DNA of 64,000 nt from Alphaproteobacteria bacterium (GTDB lineage Bacteria > Pseudomonadota > Alphaproteobacteria > Micavibrionales > Micavibrionaceae), in NCBI GenBank assembly GCA_049652985.1, contig JBASFK010000004.1:251879-315878 (forward strand). Reading direction: 5' to 3'. The translations under genes and the position numbers were made by a program. The notes beneath the pieces were generated by a model. The model was not told the DNA's origin. It saw only the letters and a program-made list of their open reading frames with translations, and did no database searches. Shown here piece by piece: positions 56,503 through 64,000 of this stretch (position 1 is its first letter; the number at the start of each line of letters is the position of its first letter).

Positions 56503-58956
56503 ATGAAATACCTGAAGCAGGCTTTCCTCGGACTTATTTCCCTCGGTTTTCTCGGTTTGATCGCCGGGATTTTCGGCTTTGCCTACATTCTCAATTACTA
56601 TAGCAAGGAACTGCCGGATTATCGCGCGCTAAAGGAATACAAGCCGCCGATCATCACCCGCATCTATGCAGGCGATGGCCGCTTGATGGCCGAGTTCGCG
56701 CAGGAACGCCGGGTTTTCGTGCCGATCGAGGAAATCCCGCCGCGCGTCAAAAATGCGTTCATCGCCGCTGAGGACCAGAATTTCTATAGCCATGAAGGAT
56801 TTGACCTCACGGCAATCGCCCGCGCGGTCTGGCTGAACTTCAAAGGTGAAAGCCTGAGCGGCGCGTCCACCATCACGCAGCAGGTCGCGAAGAACCTGCT
56901 CCTGACCAAGGACCGCACCTATACGCGTAAAATCCGCGAGCTGATCCTTGCCTACCGCATGGAGCAGACGATGAACAAGGACCGCATCCTTGAAATCTAT
57001 CTCAACGAAATTTTCCTGGGCGCGCGCGCTTATGGTGTTGCTGCTGCCGCCCAGCAATATTTTAATAAATCGCTCGACGAACTCACTATTGCCGAGGTTG
57101 CCTATCTCGCGGCATTACCCAAGGCCCCGAACAATTATCACCCCGTGCGCAAGCATGAAAAAGCAGTCAGCCGCCGCAACTGGGTCATCGGCAGGATGCT
57201 GGCCGACGGTTTCATCACCGAGGCCGAAGCCGATCTCGCAAAAGTCGCGCCGCTGGAAACAGTGCCGCGTGATGAATCCCGCATTGTGAATGCACCATAT
57301 TTCGCAGAGGAAGTCCGCCGCGACCTCGGCACAAAATACGGGCAGAATTCTCTATACCAAGAGGGCATGGTTGTACGCACGACCATCGATCCGCGCCTGC
57401 AGGATATAGCGGTCAGGTCGCTCCGCGCGGGATTGATGGACTACGACAAGCGCCATGGTTATCGCGGCGCGCTGAAAAACATCCCCGTCGGTGTCGAGTG
57501 GGAAAACGAAGTTGCGAATTTCCCGGTGCCGGAAGGCATGCTGCCTGAATGGGATATTGCGCTGGTTCTCGATGTCGGTGCGAACGAGGCGAAAATCGGG
57601 TTTTCCGGCGGCGGCAAAGGCACGATCAAACTCGACGGCGTCAAATGGGCGCGCGAATGCCTGAATGAATGCTACGCGCAGGGACCGGAAGTCACGGCCG
57701 TCAGCCAGGTATTGCAAAAGGGCGATATCATTCTCACCGAACCCATCAACGACACCAAGAGTGAATATATCCTGCGGCAGATTCCGCTGATCCAGGGCGC
57801 AATCCTTGCCATGGACCCGCACACGGGCCGCATTCTCGCCATGCAGGGCGGCTGGACATACGGCACCAGCGAATATAACCGCGCCACGCAGGCCAACCGC
57901 CAGCCGGGTTCGAGCTTCAAGCCTTTCGTCTATCTCGCCGCGCTGGACAAGGGCTTTACGCCCGCCACGCTCGTTCTCGACGCGCCCTTTGTTATTGAAG
58001 ATCGCCCCGGTCATTACTGGAGTCCGCAGAACTACAGCGACGATTTTCTTGGGCCCACCACGATCCGGCAGGGCGTGGAAAAATCCCGTAACCTGATGAC
58101 GGTGCGCCTCGCCGATCATGTCGGCATGGAAACAATTGCCGAATATGCGAAACGTTTCGGTATCATGGACGATATGTTGCCGCGCCTGTCTTATGCGCTG
58201 GGCGCGGGCGAAACGACGCTTTTGAAAATGACAGGCGCATACGGTGAACTCGTGAACGGCGGAAAGAAGATAACGCCCAGCATCATCGACCGCATCCAGG
58301 ACCGCCGGGGTGCGACGATCTTTCAGCACGACAACCGCCCCTGCGTCGGCTGCGGCCAGCTTATTCGCTGGGACGGGCAGGGCATACCCGACGTTCCCGA
58401 CAACCGCGAACAGATCGGCGATCCGCGCACTGCTTACCAGATGGTTTCGATTCTTGAAGGCGTCGCGCAGCGCGGCACGGCGGCAAAACTGAAAGCTTTG
58501 GGCCGCCCGCTCGGCGGCAAGACGGGAACGACGAACGAATCCAAGGACACATGGTTCGTCGGCTTTTCTCCGGACCTTGTTGTCGGTGTGTTTATGGGCT
58601 TCGACGACCCCCGCTCGCTCGGCAAGCGCGAGACGGGCTCATCCGTCGCGCTGCCTGTGTTTAAATCCTTTATGGAAGAGGCACTGAAGGACGTACCCGC
58701 AATGCCGTTCCGCACACCGCCCGGCATTAAAAACATTCGCATCAATGCTCACACTGGCGCACGCGCGCAGCCGGGCGACACCAATGTAATCTGGGAAGCC
58801 TTCGTTCAGGGCACCGAGCCAACAGACGCGCCGGTTGCGCTTGAGGAAAACGGCGTGAACATGATCCCGTCGGCAGGCGGCACCGATATAAGCCCGCTTC
58901 CGCCATCCGCCAATCCCGGCGAGGAAGCGACGACCGGAACCGGCGGCCTGTATTAA
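56503..58956 (+). CDS. mrcA: Bifunctional penicillin-binding protein 1A (transglycosylase/transpeptidase)
   Basis: AAEDQNFYSHEGFD, RKIRE (GT51); SSFKP, KTGTT (transpeptidase). 817 aa. Confidence 0.95.
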   Translation: MKYLKQAFLGLISLGFLGLIAGIFGFAYILNYYSKELPDYRALKEYKPPIITRIYAGDGRLMAEFAQERRVFVPIEEIPPRVKNAFIAAEDQNFYSHEGFDLTAIARAVWLNFKGESLSGASTITQQVAKNLLLTKDRTYTRKIRELILAYRMEQTMNKDRILEIYLNEIFLGARAYGVAAAAQQYFNKSLDELTIAEVAYLAALPKAPNNYHPVRKHEKAVSRRNWVIGRMLADGFITEAEADLAKVAPLETVPRDESRIVNAPYFAEEVRRDLGTKYGQNSLYQEGMVVRTTIDPRLQDIAVRSLRAGLMDYDKRHGYRGALKNIPVGVEWENEVANFPVPEGMLPEWDIALVLDVGANEAKIGFSGGGKGTIKLDGVKWARECLNECYAQGPEVTAVSQVLQKGDIILTEPINDTKSEYILRQIPLIQGAILAMDPHTGRILAMQGGWTYGTSEYNRATQANRQPGSSFKPFVYLAALDKGFTPATLVLDAPFVIEDRPGHYWSPQNYSDDFLGPTTIRQGVEKSRNLMTVRLADHVGMETIAEYAKRFGIMDDMLPRLSYALGAGETTLLKMTGAYGELVNGGKKITPSIIDRIQDRRGATIFQHDNRPCVGCGQLIRWDGQGIPDVPDNREQIGDPRTAYQMVSILEGVAQRGTAAKLKALGRPLGGKTGTTNESKDTWFVGFSPDLVVGVFMGFDDPRSLGKRETGSSVALPVFKSFMEEALKDVPAMPFRTPPGIKNIRINAHTGARAQPGDTNVIWEAFVQGTEPTDAPVALEENGVNMIPSAGGTDISPLPPSANPGEEATTGTGGLY

Positions 58957-59042
58957 GGATATATATTAAGGATTTAGGCCCTTTCGTCTGCTTCTGAAAT
59001 CCGTTAGCCTTGAAACAACGAGATAAAGGGCAGGGGATTTTA

Positions 59043-60470
59043 ATGAAACAGCTTTTCCGCAAAAAAGACGTTGCCAATAACGACAACGGCCCTTGCCTTA
59101 AACGGGTTCTCAGCGCGTTCGACCTGACTCTGCTCGGCATCGGCGCCATCATCGGCACGGGAATTTTCGTACTCACCGGCGTTGCAGCGGCGACGCAGGC
59201 AGGGCCCGCAGTCGTGCTCTCCTTTATCGTCTCCGGTGCGGCCTGCACCTTCGCGGCGCTGGCTTACTCCGAGCTTGCCGCCAGTGTCGGCGGCTGCGGC
59301 AGCGCCTATGGTTATTCCTACGCTGCTTTCGGCGAGTTGATCGCCTGGATCATCGGCTGGGATCTTATCCTTGAATACGGCGTCGCGGTCGCGGCGGTGG
59401 CCAATGGCTGGTCGGGATATTTCAACAATGCGCTGGTCGCCATCGGCTATGGCTTGCCGGAATATCTGACCAAGGGGCCGTGGGCTATCGACCCGGTGAC
59501 GAAACTGCCCGATGGCGGTCTCATGAATCTCCCCGCCATTGCCATTATCCTGATCCTGATGGTGCTTCTAATCGTTGGCATCAAGGAAGCATCGCGCATT
59601 AACGCCGCGATGGTGTTCGTGAAGCTGCTGACAATCACGGTCTTTATCGCCGTCGCCATCTTCCACATCAACCCGGAAAACTGGTCGCCCTTCATGCCAT
59701 TCGGATGGTTCGGGCATGATGCGAACGGTCATCCTATCGGCGTCCTCGCCGGCGCATCGCTCGTGTTCTTCGCCTATGTCGGGTTCGATGCGGTCTCGAC
59801 GGCTGTTGAGGAATCAAAAGACCCGCAGCGCGACGTGCCCATTGGCATTATCGCCTCGCTCGTCTTCTGCACCATCATATATATAGTCGTCTCTGGCCTG
59901 CTGACCGGCATTCTTCCTTACCCTGAACTCAATGTGTCCTTCCCTGTTGCGCACGCGCTGATGGAAGTGGGCGTGACCTGGGCCTCGGCGCTGGTCGCCA
60001 CCGGCGTTATCACCGGCCTGACGACCGTGATGCTCGTGCTGTATTACGGCCTGACACGTATCATTCTCGCCATCTCGCGCGACGGCCTTATCTCTCCGTT
60101 CTTCGCGCGCATCAGCGAGAAAACTCACACGCCCATCCGCACGACGGTTTTATGCGGCGTGCTGATGGCGCTCATGGCGGGTTTTTTGCCGTTCCAGGCG
60201 CTGGCTGAACTGGTGAATATCGGCACGCTCGCCGCGTTCGTCCTTGTCTGCTTCGGGGTGATTATCCTGCGCGTTACACGTCCCGACATGCCGCGTCCGT
60301 TCAAGATGCCGTTCGGTCTCGTGCTGCCGATTCTGGGTGTGCTCTCTTGCGGCGCATTAATCGCCTTCCTGCCGTGGCACACGCATGTTCGATTCGTTGT
60401 CTGGCTCGCGGTCGGGATTGTGCTGTATTTCGCTTACTCCTACCGCCACAGCAAACTCGCGAAAAGCTAG
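59043..60470 (+). CDS. APC-family amino acid permease
   Basis: About 12 TM segments. LLGIGAIIGTGIFVLTG is typical of the cationic amino acid transporter/YhdG-like group. ATG 59043. Confidence 0.88.
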   Translation: MKQLFRKKDVANNDNGPCLKRVLSAFDLTLLGIGAIIGTGIFVLTGVAAATQAGPAVVLSFIVSGAACTFAALAYSELAASVGGCGSAYGYSYAAFGELIAWIIGWDLILEYGVAVAAVANGWSGYFNNALVAIGYGLPEYLTKGPWAIDPVTKLPDGGLMNLPAIAIILILMVLLIVGIKEASRINAAMVFVKLLTITVFIAVAIFHINPENWSPFMPFGWFGHDANGHPIGVLAGASLVFFAYVGFDAVSTAVEESKDPQRDVPIGIIASLVFCTIIYIVVSGLLTGILPYPELNVSFPVAHALMEVGVTWASALVATGVITGLTTVMLVLYYGLTRIILAISRDGLISPFFARISEKTHTPIRTTVLCGVLMALMAGFLPFQALAELVNIGTLAAFVLVCFGVIILRVTRPDMPRPFKMPFGLVLPILGVLSCGALIAFLPWHTHVRFVVWLAVGIVLYFAYSYRHSKLAKS

Positions 60471-60550
60471 CGCAAAACATTCGATTTGACTGATTTCCCA
60501 ATATTGTGTAAAACGCAACGTTAACATAATAACGTCTGGGAAATGAGAAA

Positions 60551-62503
60551 ATGATCCATCCGGTCATCGAAGAAGTTACGCGTGATATCAGAATAAGAAG
60601 CACAGTAAAGCGGGCCTGGTACCTCGACCAGACCAATGAACAAAGACGGAAGTTCGAATCGAATGAACTCGGCCCGCGCGGCCGGGCGGATGGCTGCAGC
60701 AACTGCGCGCATTCTTTTGCCGCCGCAGCCAATGATGAAAAAAAGATGATCATGTCCGGCGCGTGCACTCTGGCGATGATCGATTCCGGCAACGAAGAGA
60801 TTTCCTCGGGCCAGCCTTACGAAGCATATCGCGCAATCATCAGGGATGAGGCGAAGATATACGGCGCGGTGGCGAAGGTTGCCGGCGGCGTTCCCGCCAT
60901 GTGCGATGGCGTGACGCAAGGCTTCGACGGCATGGAATTATCCTTGTTCAGCCGCAATACCGTGGCGCAGTCGACTGTGGTTTCTCTCGCGGTCAACACG
61001 CATGACGGTGTTTTTATTCTGGGCGAATGCGACAAGATTTTCCCGGGCCTGGTGATGGGTGTGACGGCTTTCGGTCATCTGCCTGTCATCTCGATCCCCA
61101 GCGGCCCCATGAAAACCGGCATTTCCAACGCGAAAAAAAACGAGGTGCGGCAAAAATTCAAGAAAAACGAGGTCGGCGAGAGAGAATTGCAGATGTCCGA
61201 AAATCAATCCTACCATTCGCCTGGCGTCTGTACTTTTTTTGGCACGGCCAACACCAACAAGGCGGTGGCCGAGGCGATGGGGCTGGTGCTTCCCGGCTCG
61301 TCTTTTGTTAATCCCACCAATCCATTGCGCGATGCGCTGACGCGCGACTCGGTCAGAAGAATGGCGCAAGGCGAGATCGACCCGCTGATGGACATCATTG
61401 ACGAGCGCAGCTTCGTCAATGCCATGGTCGTGCTGATGGCCATGGGCGGCTCCACTAACCACACGATGCATATCCCGGCCATGGCTGCGCAATTCGGCAT
61501 CGATATAAATTGGGATGACATGGACCGGATTTCTTCCGTGGTTCCGCTGATCGCAAAAATCTATCCCAACGGCAAGGCAGACATTAATGACTTCCGCGAG
61601 GCGGGCGGCATGGCCGTTATCATCAGAAACCTGCTCGATGCCGGTTTGCTGCATGAAGATGTGAACACCGTGGCCGGTCATGGGCTGGAACGTTATACGC
61701 AAACGCCGGTTCTTGATGTCGATACTGTGAAATGGACTTCGGATATCCCGGAACGCCTCGACACGGAAAACCCCGACACGGATATTATCCGCAAAGTGGA
61801 TTCTCCCTTTGCTCCCGACGGCGGCATTAAACTGGTCCAAGGCACTTTAGGGCGTGCTGTTATTAAAACCTCGGCGGTCAAGGATGAGCACCGCGTCATT
61901 AAGGGATTTGCGAGCATATTCGATACACAAAAACAATTTCACCGCGCCTTTGAGGCATGGCAAAAGAAAACTTCCGGCGCAGAATTGAACGAAGAAGAAA
62001 AAATCCTTGCCGCAAAGCTGGATAAGGAAAGCGTCGTCGTCGTCCTGCGTGGCCAGAGCGCAAGGCACAACGGCATGCCTGAACTGCACGGCCTGATCAA
62101 TCCGCTTGATATTATGCAGAAGACGGGAAAGAGAGTCGCGCTGATTACCGACGGTCGGCTCTCCGGTGCGTCGGGGGCTGTTCTGGCCGCCATCAATTTA
62201 CACGACCAGAATCTATTCAGGATCCACGACAATGATGAACTCATAATAGACAGTATTACCGGAAAAATCGACATTGATCTGGACGAAGTCAACTGGCTTG
62301 GACGCGAACCGACGAACAAAAATAGAATTAGGGATGCCGATCAATACGGCATCGGTCGCCAGTTCTTTTTTGCGGAACGCACATATATAAGCTCACCCGA
62401 AAAAGGATGCATCATGCCGCTGCCGCCGATTCCGGAATATTTCCAGCTAAGATTTAAACCATACATTTTTGAATCACCTGAGCCAGTAGGGGTAACTCAA
62501 TGA
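60551..62503 (+). CDS. edd: Phosphogluconate dehydratase (IlvD/Edd family), divergent and extended
   Basis: VAGGVPAMCDGVTQGFDGMELSLFSR...GECDKIFPGLVMG...FGHLPVISIPSGPM parallels E. coli Edd. About 650 aa, with extra internal and C-terminal segments. Confidence 0.8.
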   Translation: MIHPVIEEVTRDIRIRSTVKRAWYLDQTNEQRRKFESNELGPRGRADGCSNCAHSFAAAANDEKKMIMSGACTLAMIDSGNEEISSGQPYEAYRAIIRDEAKIYGAVAKVAGGVPAMCDGVTQGFDGMELSLFSRNTVAQSTVVSLAVNTHDGVFILGECDKIFPGLVMGVTAFGHLPVISIPSGPMKTGISNAKKNEVRQKFKKNEVGERELQMSENQSYHSPGVCTFFGTANTNKAVAEAMGLVLPGSSFVNPTNPLRDALTRDSVRRMAQGEIDPLMDIIDERSFVNAMVVLMAMGGSTNHTMHIPAMAAQFGIDINWDDMDRISSVVPLIAKIYPNGKADINDFREAGGMAVIIRNLLDAGLLHEDVNTVAGHGLERYTQTPVLDVDTVKWTSDIPERLDTENPDTDIIRKVDSPFAPDGGIKLVQGTLGRAVIKTSAVKDEHRVIKGFASIFDTQKQFHRAFEAWQKKTSGAELNEEEKILAAKLDKESVVVVLRGQSARHNGMPELHGLINPLDIMQKTGKRVALITDGRLSGASGAVLAAINLHDQNLFRIHDNDELIIDSITGKIDIDLDEVNWLGREPTNKNRIRDADQYGIGRQFFFAERTYISSPEKGCIMPLPPIPEYFQLRFKPYIFESPEPVGVTQ

Positions 62504-63381
62504 AAATTCCTTTTAACGACGTAGTTAAATTTACTGAAACCGAAAAGCGGACGGCTGATATTCTACGCCAGTCGCCCATTGTGCCCCTAATTGGCATCGA
62601 TGAAGAGGACCGGTTCGAAGATTTGATCGAAGCCGCGATCGCGGCAAGCCCGGAAGGCTTGGTCCCCGCGATTGAAGTGCTGCTTCGCAATGAAAAGGCA
62701 ATTGATCAGGGCCTTGCCAGGCTTGCCGAACTGAAAAAACAATTTGGCGACCGGGTTCACATCCTTGCCGGCAGCATCATTAAGCCTGAAGATGTCGAAA
62801 GAGTTGCGGCTGCCAGTCTCGACGGTCTTGTGTCCGGCGGTTACAGCAAGCGCGTGGCAGACGCCGCCTTGCAGAAGGGCATGCCTTATCTTCCGGGCTT
62901 CATGACGCTGGATGAAGTTAAAATGGCCCATGAAAAAGGCCTGACACTGATCAAGCTGTTCCCCGCGCGCAGCCCGGACGTCAAGTCTATTACAGCGCCT
63001 TTATCAAGGACGGGCGTTCAGTTTGTCGAAAATACATCGGAGAATGCCGCGGTAAGAGTTTGCGGTACGGCGACGGAAGTTCTTGCTGCATGGGAAGAGG
63101 GCGCGGAAAAAGTGATACTCATTCCCGCTGAAACGGAGTGGCCCGAGACTATGGCTTATCTGTTGGCAAACGGCATGCAGGCCTGCTGCACCGGCGGCGT
63201 CACGGCTGAAAACTTGGCGGAATTTTCAAAAGAGCCTGCAATTACTGGCGTCGGTGCAAGCTTTATTACCGGCAAGGCCGACAAGAAGAATTTCCGGGAG
63301 TCGGTAAGGCAGAATCTTTCTGCTGCGATTTCCAACTGGTCAAATACCCCGGCTCCTGAAGCGCCAAGATTAGAAAAATAA
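62500..63381 (+). CDS. eda: KDPG/KHG aldolase-like protein, extended
   Basis: PAIEVLLRN and LIKLFPA (active-site Lys region) fit Eda. Its start overlaps the edd stop (ATGA). At 293 aa it is longer than typical Eda. Confidence 0.65.
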   Translation: MKIPFNDVVKFTETEKRTADILRQSPIVPLIGIDEEDRFEDLIEAAIAASPEGLVPAIEVLLRNEKAIDQGLARLAELKKQFGDRVHILAGSIIKPEDVERVAAASLDGLVSGGYSKRVADAALQKGMPYLPGFMTLDEVKMAHEKGLTLIKLFPARSPDVKSITAPLSRTGVQFVENTSENAAVRVCGTATEVLAAWEEGAEKVILIPAETEWPETMAYLLANGMQACCTGGVTAENLAEFSKEPAITGVGASFITGKADKKNFRESVRQNLSAAISNWSNTPAPEAPRLEK

Positions 63382-63403
63382 AAGACAGTTTTTCCGGAAG
63401 CAA

Positions 63404-63478
<75 letters not shown>

Positions 63479-63561
63479 TTATTCCTTGGGTGAGACCGCA
63501 AAATATAGTGATTTCGCCGCCTGATGCAAGCGTAAAGTAGGCCTGAATTTAAAGGGTTTTC

Positions 63562-63846
63562 CTAGAAAAGCTCGCCGACTTTGACCAGCGGGACGCTGTA
63601 GCCGAGGGGTTCCTGGTTCGGGAACAGGGAGTAGATGATGACGTTCGGGCTCTTCTCGACCGGGTAGGTCATGTTCTCCGGTACTTCATAGTGCATCAGT
63701 TCGTTCGTCTCTTCGTCGCCGCCATAGATCAGCATGAACAGGCGCTGGTCGCGATAAAACTCCACGCGCTTGACAACATGCGGCAGGGGCTTGTCACTGA
63801 CAAGCATCACACCTCCATCATGTAATATGCCAAGCTCGATATTCAT
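63562..63846 (-). CDS. Small hypothetical protein
   Basis: 94-aa ORF with host-like composition. Weak similarity to the N-terminus of ORF 39260..39859. Confidence 0.45.
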   Translation of the reverse strand: MNIELGILHDGGVMLVSDKPLPHVVKRVEFYRDQRLFMLIYGGDEETNELMHYEVPENMTYPVEKSPNVIIYSLFPNQEPLGYSVPLVKVGELF

Positions 63847-63848
63847 GT

Positions 63849-63998
63849 TTATACTTTGGGTCCGTTGTTGCCCGTTTTAGGTGCGCCTGGTTTCGGGTGG
63901 TCCGGCGCCGACAGATTAAATTCTCTCGTGATACGCGGGCCGAGTTCCTTCTTCAGCATGTCACAAGGGCTGCCGTCCGCGATCACCCACTTGTCGTA
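63849..63998 (-). CDS. 3' end of an unidentified CDS running off the window
   Basis: Manual translation gives YDKWVIADGSPCDMLKKELGPRITREFNLSAPDHPKPGAPKTGNNGPKV-stop. The stop lies 2 nt before the next gene's ATG. Family not recognised. Confidence 0.3.
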   Translation of the reverse strand, partial: YDKWVIADGSPCDMLKKELGPRITREFNLSAPDHPKPGAPKTGNNGPKV

Positions 63999-64000
63999 GC

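Noticed and set aside
57352-58329. 325-aa minus-strand ORF
   Set aside because: It is antisense to the PBP1A gene and has no motifs. It is a shadow ORF in G+C-rich coding DNA.
60938-61840. 300-aa minus-strand ORF
   Set aside because: It is antisense to edd, with Arg/His/Gly-rich composition and no recognisable family.

Overview
The window reads as a gene-dense chromosomal segment of an alphaproteobacterium. Supporting synteny: NDUFA12-like/mlaD/DUF2155, aroQ-accB-accC-aat, rpsF-rpsR-rplI-dnaB, and fabD-fabG-acpP-fabF-mltG. It is G+C-rich by eye; nothing here was computed. Most genes are housekeeping: guaB, guaA, metF-metE behind a probable SAM-II riboswitch, pdxST, thrC, edd-eda, alr, PBP1A, mlaEF, and one tRNA-Gly(GCC). 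I saw no rRNA, CRISPR array or classical IS transposase. The stand-out is a roughly 10.6 kb AT-rich accessory block (18550-29183) inserted exactly at the guaA stop codon. It starts with a tyrosine integrase. The last five guaA codons plus a stop recur three times (TAG, TAA and TGA versions), with homologous 75-bp arms before the two distal copies, which suggests serial integrations at one att site. The block is filled with uncharacterised genes. My best candidate for an undescribed system is the translationally coupled pair at 20009-22293: a 525-aa protein with a C-terminal PD-(D/E)xK nuclease motif set, plus a 235-aa helical protein with an Rx5H HEPN-like motif. Three further modules lie in the island. 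The first is a Rep-like (HUH) gene unit flanked by direct repeats, next to a loxP-like 13-6-13 palindrome and a catalytic-domain-only tyrosine recombinase. The second is a trio of unknown membrane and zinc-ribbon genes (25763-27995). The third is a 434-bp mini-element carrying only a barstar-like immunity gene. Outside the island, a 1153-aa orphan protein sits in the dnaB-alr junction, an orphan FeeM-type N-acyl amino acid synthase is present, and the fab cluster is interrupted. All functional calls rest on motif and family recognition by eye; no database search or computation was possible.
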